Source of the DNA: Ruditapes philippinarum
Taxonomy: Eukaryota
NCBI RefSeq assembly: GCF_026571515.1
Contig: NW_026863843.1
Coordinates: forward strand, 310,001 to 374,000
Length of the DNA: 64,000 bases
Direction: 5' to 3'
Shown here: in pieces, positions 14,414 through 27,102 of the stretch
Position numbering within the stretch: the first letter of the stretch is position 1
Layout of the letters: each line of letters begins with the position of its first letter
The notes under the pieces: generated by a model
What the model was told of the DNA's origin: nothing
What the model saw: only the letters and a program-made list of their open reading frames with translations
Database searches by the model: none
Program-made: the position numbers and the translations under genes

Positions 14414-16990
14414 CTTTCCTTTTCTTGTCTTTTTGTATGGTGTTTTCTCAAAAGTGACTTCTGCACCATGAAATAGAAATGGGCAAGGTTTAATGATTGT
14501 TGGTATGTAGCCCTCTTGGTACTCACTCTCCTGTTTATCATCTGTTATACTTGATAAATCCAGCTTTGGCACATTTGTATCACTAACTGACTTGTCTGTT
14601 GCATTTATCTGATCTAAAGTTTTCCTTGGAGGTTTGCGTTTAGGCGGTTCTTTTCTCTTATTAGCTATCTTACTTGAATCAAACACCATTTTAGTAGCTG
14701 GTTGAGAAGTCTTTTTCTTTTGTCTGTTTAGAATGTCATCAATATTTGTTTTAGGTAACTGCGGTTCTTGTGAAGTTGGTAAAGGAGGCGCTGTATTACC
14801 CGGCTCAACATCAGAAATGTTGGAAGAACCGTTGCTAACTGGGCGTTCAGGTGCTTGTCGTTTACGCGGAATAGGTGATGGAGAAGAACCGTTTGCAAGA
14901 TGAACAGAAGAGGTTTTTAACTGATTCTGCTGATCAGGTTGAGTTTTTTTCAGGCGACTTGCAAGAAAAGATGACATTCCAGTCACAGGAGCCTCAGATT
15001 TCTCTCCTGAATTTTGAATAACTGGCTTCTCTACTTCATTCGCAATACTTTCAGCTTTTATAAAATTTTGCTCTTTTACTTTAAACTTTCTTGGTTTAGG
15101 TTTATTATCTTTTGCTTCAATAATATTTGGTTTTATTTCAGTTAATCCTTCACTTTTTCTTCCTTCCTGGTAAGTTTTGACAGGAGATATTTCCATAGGA
15201 ACTTCTTTTTCATTTTCATTGTTAGTTTTTGTGTCATCTATACTTTTTATCTCAATGGACACTGTTTTTGGCACATTATTTGATAAACTTTTATTTGATA
15301 CATCCCCATTTCTATTTTGTCCAACATCCCTATTCTTTTTCACCATATTATTGGAATCAAATATTTGTGTCTTCCTCGGAGAAATTTTCCCAGATTGTTT
15401 ACTAGAAGGTTTTATATTGGGCTCAACAGATACAGCTTCAGAAGCAACAGTCTCTGTCACTTCCTGTACATCACTTAAGGTCAAACTTTCTCTTTTCTTT
15501 TCCTGTTCCAATTCTTGCTGTTTTCGCTTGTCTGCTTCATGTTTAAGCTCAAGAGTATCTTTTGGGACTTGATGATGTTTTTTAGCAAGTACTGTAGGTT
15601 TCGACTTCTTTGGTTTTTCAGTTTTCTTAGAAACAGATTTAGAGTCAAAAACTTTTGACATGGGATGAACTGGTGTTAAAGTATGCTGAACACTGGGACT
15701 TAGTGGGCGTGTTGATGTTGTGTCAAGGTCTTTTTCAGAGTAACTGCTCCTATTTTGTGTCAGATTTGTGTCTGACTTCTTCCCCATATCTTCTGATCCT
15801 CTTCTTCTAAACATTTCTAGAGACTTTTGTAAGGATGTTGAAGTTGTGTCAACATTTTGTGCATAGTCTGTTGATGAACTATTCCTTGGAGAAGATAAAT
15901 TTGTGTCTAAATTGGATGAATTTCTAGGTGAATTTGACTTGCCTTGGTCTTTTAAAAGATTTATTTTTGATGTGTCATCAAAGACATTGTCATCATTCAT
16001 TTTTACAAGTGGTGAACGAGGGGTAGAAACAGGGGATGTTACTATTGGAGAATTTGTGTCAGATCCAGAAGATTTTCTTGGTGGCGAACTTTGACGCCAC
16101 ACACTTAATGAATCTGTAACTTTATTTGTTTTTTCAAATAAAGTCCTAAATTGAGAAACTGTGTTAGGTTTTGGTAATTCATTTTCATCATGAACACTTT
16201 CTTTTTCAACAAGTGGTTTCACTCTTCTAAAGCTATCTGAAAAGTCTTCATTTACATCACTTGATGATTTTATCTTCTCTTTCTTTGCAGGAATTGAGGA
16301 TTCCTTTGATTCTATAATTACTAAATTGTCCCTGCCAATTTTTTCCAAATCTGGAGCAACTTTCCAATCATGATGTTCCATCTTTGGAATAACAGTATCA
16401 GAATTAGAATTTCTTGAGTATAATTTCTTTCTGGAAGAGTCAGATGCGTTTTTCTTTGGCAAAGGAGGCTTAACACTGCGGATAACATTGTTTTGTTTCA
16501 GTATTTGAATCTCTTTCTTTTTGGCTGAAACAGACTTATTCGAATCTGTGCTTTCCAGGTCATAACTCCTAGGCCTGCCTTTTATTTGTGGTTTATAACC
16601 TACAGGTTTACGGAAATCTACCTTAGTGTTACTTTGTGAAACGGAAGAATCATCTCTTTGCCATGGAGGAAGTTTACTGACCGATTCTTTTGAGCTACTA
16701 CCAGATATACTCAAAAGATTTTCAACACTAGCAGACTTTCTTGAGAGTGTTACTTTGGTACTTTTATTCTCTAGCTGAGCAAACTTTGAGCGTAATTTGT
16801 TGACAAATCCTGAGTTAACATGGTACTCTTGTTCCGGATCATCGTCTCCTCTGTCACTACTTGCTGAACTTGGAATGGAGTACTCAGAATCTGCAGGCTC
16901 CTGACGAGCATTGTGTTGAGGCAATCCAAACTGGCGTATAAATGGATTGTTATGAACAGAAGACAGGTGTTCAACCTTGTCAGAACTCAT
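14414..16990 (-). CDS. Large coding exon (859 codons) of a taperin/phostensin (TPRN/PPP1R18)-like protein, C-terminal exons not found in window
   Basis: 2.6-kb open frame. First ATG at 16990 follows acceptor ttcagtttag (exon start 17019 or 17024), and the exon ends at phase-0 donor AAG|gtatgt at 14414. Motifs LSSVHNNPFIRQ, RDNLVIIE and terminal GAEVTFEKTPYKKTRKGK resemble recalled taperin/phostensin motifs. Coding status is near certain, family about 0.65. Confidence 0.8.
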
Positions 16991-17966
16991 TCTGTGATTG
17001 TCCAAGGTTGCAAAGGGACCTAAACTGAAACAAGAATTGATAAGTTAGATAATTATCACACAAAATTATTAGTCAAAAGAATCAGAAATATTTACATTTA
17101 TGTATGCAGGCAGGGGTTTTTCTTAACAACGGCGGGATGCAATCCTAACCTTTCAGGAGAAAAATAGAGTGCAAAAAAAAAAAAATTTAACAGGAATATA
17201 TTTACTCAAGGAGATTTGAATATATTTATAAATGGACTGGTTCTCAGATAAAAAATGAACATCTTAACATTTAAATTTTACATTAAAGAACATGAAATAT
17301 AAGGAAAACATTGCGGCATTGTGATTTTTTTTGTTAAGAGAAAAAGTTTCAGTCATAAAAATTTTATTTCTTGGGGAATTTTTAAGTATTTTATGAAGTT
17401 ATTAATAAAAATAATGGTCATTAAAAGATTTGACTTTTGTCAATTTTGATTTTGCTTGGGGCCATTTTAATTTTTTTGTTGTTCATTTGACTTGTTTTTA
17501 ACTTGGGGTGACTTATTTTAGCCCCATTTATGTGACCCCAGTATGATTAATGTATGTTTTAGTAATTTGCCTATATACATTTTGTATTAACTGTACTCAA
17601 TTAAGTTTTTTACAGCACTACATACAAATGTAATGCATCTATGTAACTTTGTATATTTTATGCAAATAACTTGACAACTAAACTAACTAATGCTTTACTA
17701 TTATTTGAATGTAACAGTCAATTAAGCAACCCGGGGCTCGAATCCTAGAATAGTAGGGACTTTGATTTTTGGATAACTATGGTAAATAATATTATAATCT
17801 GGGACTTAAAATGATGGGACATGCCCAGATATAATATGGTAAAATTATCTGCAATTCGAGTTGGGACTTTCATTTTAATATCCCATGCTTTTTTAAAAAC
17901 TTTTACAAAATGATTTTCTGTTAAAAAAGTATATATTCATAAATTGAGATTTCATATAATTATATG

Positions 17967-18157
17967 CAAAGGGGGTTGTAACGGTGCCTTGAGACTTGAC
18001 CCTATATTTGGGTTATTTGTGACCAAAACTAGGTCCAGACCAAAAAAACAGGTGACAATCCTTATTTAAGAATTGTCACCTGTTTTTTTGGTCTGGACCT
18101 AGTTTTGGTCACAAATCACCCTAATAGAGAGTCCAGGCACCGTTACAACCCCCTTTG
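17967..18157. mobile_element. 191-bp fold-back MITE with 8-bp TSD (P- or hAT-type)
   Basis: TIR CAAAGGGGGTTGTAACGGTGCC / GGCACCGTTACAACCCCCTTTG, long internal inverted arms, and ATTATATG on both sides (17959-17966 and 18158-18165). Confidence 0.92.
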
Positions 18158-18529
18158 ATTATATGTACATTTCTTAATTAAAAAGTTTTCACTATTACTT
18201 GGTGGTGTGCAGGCAGAGCTGGGGGAAACGAGGATAGCTTTATATGTCTTGTGTCTGCCAGAATTATGTGGTAGAGGCTAGTTTTATTTTGGCAAGCTAG
18301 TTTTATTATTGTCACCAAAAAGCAGTGGATATGACAAACTTACATGTTCCCACTGTCAAAAGTACCTAGTCACTACTGTTGGGGTTTGGGGAGGGCACTC
18401 ATGTAACTGAATATTGTAAGATTGTCCTATGTTTTACTCCTATGACTGTTCACAACATTTACTCACATAATTCCAGTTTGTCAATGCATTTAATACATTA
18501 TAGATCTATATAATATTCAATAATAATTA

Positions 18530-20230
18530 ATAGCGAGCTCGACGAGCTGGCCCGAAGGTCCTGCTCGCAAAGCGAGCTTTACGGTAACGCGAGTAACTTC
18601 TAAGTGATGGTTTTGAAAACTTTCGTCCGAGTTACCGAATTGGACACATCGCAACCTTTCGAATTTAAAGATAACGATAAAAACTGAGAAATTCTGACTG
18701 AAAACGGATGTGTAGACTGGTCACCCGCGCACGTCTATGGGAACCATAATTGGACAGGGAACCAGAATAACGGAAGCTGCCGATAAAATATCGAACGGAA
18801 ATGAAAATTGAAGGCGCCATTTTGTTTGAAAAATCTGATAAATAAAAACAATTTTTTGTCGAATTTTGTTGTGAAAACTATCTAGAATGAAAGAAAATGG
18901 TCTAACTAAGAAAATGAATCCGAACACCAATATCTTTTATTCAGTCGTTAACGCTGTACAGACGTTTAAAGTATTGTTTACATGACGTCACAATGTAGCG
19001 CCAAACAGCACGTGCAAAACAAACAAATCAAGTACGCTATTTTAATGTCGCAAACGTTTTAAGTTTTACATTTATTTCACTTTTAACAATCTTTATTTCG
19101 CTTGAAAAATTATAGATCTAGAGTGAAATAGAATAAACAAAGTTTTATCAACGTTTTCAAAACTCGTTATTCATTTAACGACAGGGGCTGAGCCATATTT
19201 AACACAGTACGTGTAACGTCACACGCACTCGTCAATAAAAATGAGCGATTATTTCATATTATTTCATGTTAAAAGTACATCGAGCTCGCTTTGAAGCTTT
19301 GCCTTTTTCATATTATGTATTGTCATAATTTGACATTTCAGTCCCATATATCTACTTTTCATAAGGTTTTTCTATGTTTAACATGCAATTTTACACATAC
19401 AAAATCAAAACTGAGATGTTGTCAGAAACATTATTTTGTCTCTTCATTTTATTGTTGATGACTCACAAGCTTCCTCGTTCCTTATTTTTATTTTTTTTTT
19501 GCAAAATTAATATCTATTTCAAGAAAAATCAATATTAACAATACTTAGGTCATTGCTATTAACATATTTCAATTAAAATTTGTATATTAAAACATTAATG
19601 ACAACAGAGTAAGGTAGTGAAACGAAAGAGAAAATTTACTCACAAACAGTACGAATTAACCAACTCGGGTGTCTCCAATATCCTCCATTACTATTTGTGA
19701 CGTCATTTATTGACAGGTGCGAGACTTCAATTTGATTGACAGATGCTACTTTCAGTTTCTTAATTTTGTTTTGAAACCGTTCATTGAAAATATATTAAAA
19801 CTGGCATCGGTGTATGGTGTTATTCTTTTATAACAAAGCAAATCAAGTCGTAATTTTCTTATTCTATCAGCTCACGCAATGTTTTTATCACATTTAAAAT
19901 TTTATGTCGCTGCAAAAATTAAATTTCATTAATTTAAACATTGGAAGCAATATAATGTATCTTATTTTGAATCAATTTTTTAAATGTATAAAAAGAATAT
20001 TTTTATTATGATTATTTCTAAATTATTGTTATAACAACTAATCTCAAAACGTGGTGTTCTTCACTGCGAGCCGTTTAAATATCTAACCGGAAGTATCTTA
20101 ATAGTGGTTACCAAGGGAGATATACGGGAAGACGACGCTATACCAGTAACAAAAAAATAGACGCGTATGTTTGATTAGGACGAGTTGTTTTATTTATTCT
20201 TGATTGTGGTGTAAGGTCGAAGGACCGAAG
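18530..20230. promoter_or_regulatory. CpG-enriched divergent promoter region between the taperin-like gene and TEKTL1
   Basis: CpG density rises sharply. YY1-like CGCCATTTT at 18815, CRE TGACGTCA at 18983 and 19698, ETS ACCGGAAGT at 20086, X-box-like GTTACCAAGGGAGAT at 20107. Confidence 0.7.
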
Positions 20231-20605
20231 ATGCTAGGAACGAAAGCAGCAACGTCGATTGGTCCTGAAGGATGGAGGAATTCAACTTTGAAAGGGATAA
20301 AATTGTCACAAACAATAGTACAAAAAAGTGACAAAAATTGTGATATTGGACGTTCAATGGACCCACTCCCACAATTAAGGGATACAGTCGCCCAATTAAG
20401 CAACGAAGAAATTCACCGTTATACACGTGAAGTTAGAGGTGTTGTCGCAAAACTCAGAGAGAGTCTTTTGGAAACAAATGAAGAAATAAAATCACTTACT
20501 AGAGGTAAAGAACAATTGGAAAAGGCTTTAGAACATACCAGGAAAGACATTCAGTTGAACAAAGACAGTCAGGAAAATCGTCTTTCAAGGCCAACTAAAG
20601 AGAGG
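20231..20605 (+). CDS. TEKTL1: CCDC105/tektin-like 1, exon 1
   Basis: ATG at 20231, MLGTKAATSIGPEGWR...RLSRPTKER coiled coil, donor AGG|gtatgg phase 0. Confidence 0.9.
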
Positions 20606-23241
20606 GTATGGAATGTGTGCCGTGTATTAGCTATTACACAAATAATTACATGCTCATATCTTTTATGACTTGCTTTTTTACCATCCTATTTACAGTAGTC
20701 AGTTCCTGCCCTGATGTTTCCTCCTAGATTGTTCTTCCCCAATTTTGTGGGAAAACTGTATGCATATGTGCAAATTGTTCCTCTCCATTTTTTCTTATAA
20801 TAAAATAATATTGATTGATTGAAATACAAATATGTGAATTATAAAGGAACTATCTTTTTAGAAGATTACCATACAATATCAGTTCATCATTAATTCTAAA
20901 CATTTTATTTCATTAATATTTTATTTAACTTTCCTTTACATAAATAGAATTGTGTAATTTATTGTATAATATATTGACAATGTTAAAAGATAATGAAATG
21001 AAATTCTTTTGTAAAAAATTGAAAAGAAATAAGTGATAAAAATCATTTAAGTGGAGAACTGTCTGTATATTTCAAATTTGGATAAGGAACTGGTAATAGG
21101 GAAAAAGTCTTTCATTCCTATGTACATGTGCTATAAAGAATTCACTGAAATTAATTAGCATTTGAATGTGATAAAAAAAAATCAATTCTAAAATGAAACA
21201 CATTTTTCCTGTTATTTTCTAAAGGTGAAATTTATCTAACATGTAAAAGAACTTGTTAAGAATCATTTTAATGTTGTAGATGAGTATAAATACAAAAATA
21301 TTTTAATTTTTTACTGCAAGTAAATGAAATATTTTGAAGCAGTTTCCTTTAAAAAGGGGACATTTGATATCTGACAAGTGATACTTTTATTTATCAATAC
21401 AGAACTATAATTCATTTAATGAATTATTAAATTTTCATACATTTTCAAATTATTTTCAGTGTCTTGTACATGTATATCATATAAAGTTGTCAGCAGTCAG
21501 ATTATTAAATTAAAAATTAAGACTAGGTAACCAAGCTAGATGTAGCATAAGTGAAGATCAGTTTAATGGAGCAAGAAATTTTGATTTAAAGACTCCATAA
21601 AATAAAGTAATCTGTATATATAATGTATAATAGTAATATTAAAGTATGTTCTTTTGAATAAAAAATTGTGTTACAAGTTAATAGAGATTACACAAATAAA
21701 ATATTTGATATTTTTAAATTCAAATTTTTCTTGAATAAAAAAATGTGTTACTGCTATTTAATAGATATTGCACAAATAAAAGATTTTGTGTTTAAAAAAA
21801 CAAGCTATTTTTTAGTTATTAATTTCTGTCTGTGCTATAGTCTCTGCTTTATGAAAATTGATATTTGATCTTCGATTTTTTAATTTTTTTATATTAAGCC
21901 TTTTACTTTATTGTGTTGAGAGAATAAAGAAGTTGTAGAACAGAGGGAGACTGTGTTTAAGAAACAAACAGTTGACAGCTATAGTTTCACATGCATGCCT
22001 TATAGAAATACATAGTGTTTATAAAGGAGATAATACTTAGACACCATAGAGATAGGAAAACAGAATAAAAAATTCATGACATAAGGTATAAATGTTGTGT
22101 TCCTCTATAGACTAATTTCATTCATTTTCAGATCAATCAATATTCTTTTATTGTGTTTGATTTACAGAAATAAATAATAAATTACACTTTTGCAACTACA
22201 TGCATATAGTTTCTAAACAATTTACTGATTATTTCAGTATTTAGGATGTTTCTCTAGGAATGATATGACCATTTTTTTTAAATTACATGATTCCTCTTTT
22301 TATGATTTTTTTATACATGTATCTCTCTGTATGTATCTCTCTGTATATAGTCAAGAAAAGAAATATTGGAGACTTTTTTCATTTTGCCTGTACAGAATTG
22401 AATCATTCATTTCTTTTGTAAAGTGTATCATATTATTTATGTTTTGCAAAACAGGTTAACCTTAAAGTCAGTTGTTCAATTTTTATCAAGTTTCTTTCCA
22501 TGCTACATTGTATTTGTTCGGAGTCTCATATTTACTTTTAAAATAAGCAATTTTGCTATATAAAGCAAATAATGGATTGCATGTAAATAGAAACTTTTAT
22601 TGAACCATTTTTATATTGTTAACAAATGTGTACTTTTCTTCTTTATCATTTTTTTAACATTAAAAATATGTTTGATTTATGTGACATATTGTATGTGTAA
22701 TGTGGACTATTTACCTTGTATCAATACAATGTGATATATTCTGAAGAAAATTAATACTGATACAAGTTGCTAACAGAGGCACGGATACTGCTCTTACAAA
22801 AAATTATTTAAGTTTATATTCAGGAGAATGCTCTAATTGTAAAATTATTCCCTAATTTTTCGTATTTTAGTTTATAATTTTCATAATGATAATATTAGGT
22901 TATCAAATGAGCTTTCTTTCAGCCTAAACCAACAGGAAGAAATGATGTTAATGTCTTGTATATTGTGAACATGTGCTTGCAAAAAATGCCAATTTACATT
23001 GTAACTATGTGATTTTTAAAGAAACTGGTTACAAAAATACAGTTATGTTTTTTTTTGTTTTTGTTTTTTTGTTATAATTTTCTTGTTCCAATATTCTGTT
23101 TCTTGCTATTAATGATTAAATCTACAAACAGTAAATTGTAATACAGTCCTGTATCATCTGTTTGAATCTGAAGGCTTTAACTGTTTAATTAAACTGTAAA
23201 ATAATTCTAAAGATATTTATGTTGTGTTTCTGTATTTTCAG

Positions 23242-23346
23242 GAACATGATGGTGCGGATGACTTGTTGAGTGCAGAAAGGTCACATCTTCTCAACTGTAA
23301 AAAAGCCCTGGAGGCTCAGCTGAAATCTGTACAGCAACAACTTCAT
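23242..23346 (+). CDS. TEKTL1: CCDC105/TEKTL1 exon 2
   Basis: tttcag|EHDGADDLLSAERSHL...QQQLH|gtagga, 105 nt. RP..E...D..D..L..E tektin-type motif spans the junction. Confidence 0.9.
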
Positions 23347-25086
23347 GTAGGAAATCATTCAATGAATTATTCTTTAATTTATCTGACAAGTTATTGCTTT
23401 CTGTTTGTTCTTTTTTTTTTAAGAATAATCTTCCAAACCTTTATCTACCCTTAAACACCAATTAGGAGGAATAGAGAATGTACCGGTTATGTTAATTTTC
23501 TGCTATAATGGCAACAAGTTAAAAATGTACAAGAATAAAAACATCATGAAATTGAAAAATACCTTACAGAATTATTGACTTTTTTCATGGACAAAATTTT
23601 ATGTTGTCATTTGAGCTCAAATTACATGAAGTTGGTTGTTAAAAAATCTCTACATTTCAAAATACTAGTCATGAAGATTATTTAAGTATTTTGTTGTTTA
23701 AAGTTCCTCCTCTATGCTCACATGTATACTTTTAACATAAATATTATTTTTACTATAGTTATAAACTTATAATCAAATATTTATAATATTCATTGTTTAT
23801 GATTTTATCTTATAATAGTAATAATTAGTGCTGACATTTGGAACATATTCAAAATTATTTACATACTGTAATTTTCAACAGGATGATATTTGTACAAAAT
23901 TATAAGCTGACATAATTTTGGCAACAGACTATACATGTATATTTTAACACAAACTGGGTTTTTTTCTTCAAAATCCCACAGAAAATAAGGGAAATAAATA
24001 AATTGAAATTGTAGACTTAATTCTTACATGATGCTTTAAACTTACTGTTCCAAATTTTAGTTATTTGGAAATTTGAGATAAGTTCTTTAACTTAAAAAAA
24101 GTCTTTAACAGTATTTCTTTTTTCATAGCATTATATTTGAATAGTACTAATGATTTATTTAGCAGTGCACATGATTGAATTTTATCTGGGATTATACATT
24201 TTCTGAATTGAATGAAGTAAGAAAAGTTGAGCTTAGTGCAAACATATACATTTAGGGGAAGGATTTATAATACAAGGGATTATGTATAGATTTGTGATAT
24301 TTGCTTGACTACAAGACTGATTGATTATTTTATTTCAATTTTACAACTTTGAATATGATTGAAAATCTAAAGTTTATACTAGGATTACTAAATCAGAGAT
24401 TACCAATATGTTTATACAGTTTCATTTACTCCTTTCATTTATTATTAATTTATAAATATCCGACCATTTCTCCTATAACTCTTTTAAGTCAGTAGCTTGT
24501 GGGATCTGGTATAATAATGTTTGCTAAGATAAGTTAAAAAGTAATGAAATGATTTATTTATTATTTAAAACAGATTTTCAGAGTTGTGATATTTATATAA
24601 GTGTTTCAATATATTGTAATCCTATCGTGATTCTGATATAACATGAACAAAATAAACTATAAAGATTTAAAACTCATTTGAAGAAATTAATACTAGAATA
24701 TATAAGCATTCACAGTATATTGTATTAAATGATAAAAACTTTTGAAAGATATAAAAAACATTCTATTATTGAATGACTGAATTAGAGCTGTCAGAAGTTG
24801 TGATACCTGAATGTTAACATCAATTCTCAACAGTTGATCAGATATTGTAAAGAAATTTAGAATACTGTGATGTATTACAAATTACAAATTAGCAGGAAAC
24901 AAAATAATCAAAACTTTACATCTATGCATTGTTAATTTTGCTGCTAAATATCATCAGCCCATTGCAAAGGAAGAGATCATTACTTTTTTTTTGTTTGCGT
25001 ATGTATCACAGTAAACTGTTGTTTCTATGTTGTAATGATTATGTATTTATATGAAGAATTAAGTCAGTGTCTTATTATATTTACAG

Positions 25087-25455
25087 GTATTAGATCAGGC
25101 AAGGAAGAGGTTATTTAATGTTCTACAGGAGCGATCTAGAGTCCTTGACCTTTTGTGTCATGCTCTCTCATCCATTGCAAACAGTGCTAAACATAGTGCA
25201 CGTCTTTCCCGCAGCCGTACATCACTGGATGGACGACTCTCTCGATTTGGTCCATCTGTCACAGATCCTCTTGGATCTTATACACCAGAGACTGATCAAG
25301 CTTTGGCAGATGCATATGATGCTCGAAACAGGTCGGCATATCTCCGTAGAGAACTTAAAGATGCAATTGAAAGAACAGATAAACTCACCAAGGCTGCACA
25401 TAAATCTGTCAATGATGGAATGACACAGAAATTTTCAGAAACAGTTACATTAAAG
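25087..25455 (+). CDS. TEKTL1: CCDC105/TEKTL1 exon 3
   Basis: ttacag|VLDQARKRLFNVLQERSRVLDL...ETVTLK|gtagtt, 369 nt. Confidence 0.9.
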
Positions 25456-25672
25456 GTAGTTCATTAGTTATGTTTTATATCTTTTTATATGTTAACCTAT
25501 TTGCTGAATCATCATATTTTCAGAAAAATGAGTTTTCAGATTTAAAGTACAATCTATTTAAACACAAAAGGGTTAGGGGAAATCAGAATATACAATTTTT
25601 ATTTGTTATTTTTTCTATTAAACAACTTATGTTACGACTAAGGTGAATAATTGTTGTTATGAATGATTACAG

Positions 25673-25768
25673 CAACATTTGACAGTGAGCCACGGAGAGA
25701 ATAGACATGCGATACAGAGGGCACAAAGATGGTACGATGCTACAGATAGAGCTAGAGGTTACTCTATG
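25673..25768 (+). CDS. TEKTL1: CCDC105/TEKTL1 exon 4
   Basis: ttacag|QHLTVSHGENRHAIQRAQRWYDATDRARGYSM|gtaatt, 96 nt. Confidence 0.88.
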
Positions 25769-26236
25769 GTAATTTTTTAACACTTATATTCTTCATGTTT
25801 AGAATTACCTTTATTAATGAATGGTTATTCTTGATATGATAGATTGATCCATCAAATATTTTATGAATTGTATGTTAAGCCTACTTTTAAAGTATAGATT
25901 TTCACCAAATAAGGCTCATGAATTAAGGGTAAGAATTTAGTGCTTATTTATAAAAGATGTATGCAGCTCATGTCTTTTCTGTGTAATTACATGATGCTGT
26001 AAAAGTTGTTTTTTTTCATTATTCAAGTTCATTTTATAACATTAAGCTATTCAAAGTACAACATAAAAGTTTGTTTGCTTGGTAAATCTTTTACCAACAA
26101 CTTCATGAGAGATATTACAGCTTTGAAAATTGTCTGTTATTATTTATGTTCATGAATAAAATGTTACTTATTGAACATGTTAAATAAGTGTTGTGAGATA
26201 AACTGTGTAAGGTTAAATTTCAGAGATAGCTGTTTA

Positions 26237-26523
26237 TCATATTTTGATTGTATATGTTTCTATAGGGCCCAGTTATGAGTGCTGACTTGTCATATTTTGA
26301 TTGTATATATTTCTATAGGGCTCAGTTATGAGTGCTGACTTATCATATTTTGATTGTACATGTTTCTATAGGGCCCAGTTATGAGTGCTGACTTGTCATA
26401 TTTTGATTGACTTATCATATTTTGATTGTATACGATTCTATAGGGCCCAGTTATGAGTGCTGACTTATCATATTTTGATTGTATATGTTTCTATAGGGCC
26501 CAGTTATGAGTGCTGACTTGTCA
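26237..26523 (+). repeat. Five tandem 53-bp copies of the intron 4 acceptor plus first ~27 nt of exon 5
   Basis: Unit TCATATTTTGATTGTATATGTTTCTATAG|GGCCCAGTTATGAGTGCTGACTTR, with AGs ending at 26265, 26318, 26371, 26443 and 26496. Confidence 0.97.
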
Positions 26524-26610
26524 ACAAGAGAGAGGCTTGACCGGCCAATGGTACGAGTGTTCCAGCGTCATCCAGGCACACAGTTACCTGAGGCACAGCA
26601 AATCATCGAG
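26497..26610 (+). CDS. TEKTL1: CCDC105/TEKTL1 exon 5
   Basis: [38 protein letters not shown]|gtaatt matches the recalled CCDC105 motif RExLDRPxVRxxQRHxGTQLPEA. Confidence 0.92.
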
Positions 26611-27102
26611 GTAATTTTCTTCACTTAAGATAGGCAACAAAAATTACTATTAATGAAGATAATAAAGAAATGATTATTGAAGATGTAATAACTGTTGAAA
26701 AATGCTCTAGTTACCTTTTAGCTGGACTAAAGATATTAAGCTATCCTACTCACCCAATCCTCACTGATTTCAGATTAAAGATTAACTGTTGATGTTTTTT
26801 TTATTTAGTTTGATTTATTTCAACAGTTATTCCTTTTCATGATCACATCACAAATAAAAATCTTCATCACAGAACTTTAAAGGATGATTCTCAATTTATT
26901 GAAATCTGTTTAATAACTTAAGGGATTTTCTTGAAGCTTTCATCATTTACACCACATTTGTAATGTGCATGAAATATTTGGTAGTTTTTTCCCAGATCTT
27001 ATAATAATGATTTGAAAAATTATGCTCAAACTGTAATTCATGGTTTGATATTGCAGTAAAGTGTTTATTTGTTTCTGTAAGTTTGTGTGATAAACATTAC
27101 AG

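Noticed and set aside
15177-16094. Plus-strand ORFs of 131 and 63 aa
   Set aside because: Antisense shadows of the large minus-strand exon
18721-18930. Minus-strand ORF or ATG at 18820 as N-terminal coding exon of the taperin-like gene
   Set aside because: No recognisable motif and only weak donors, so more likely 5' UTR or promoter
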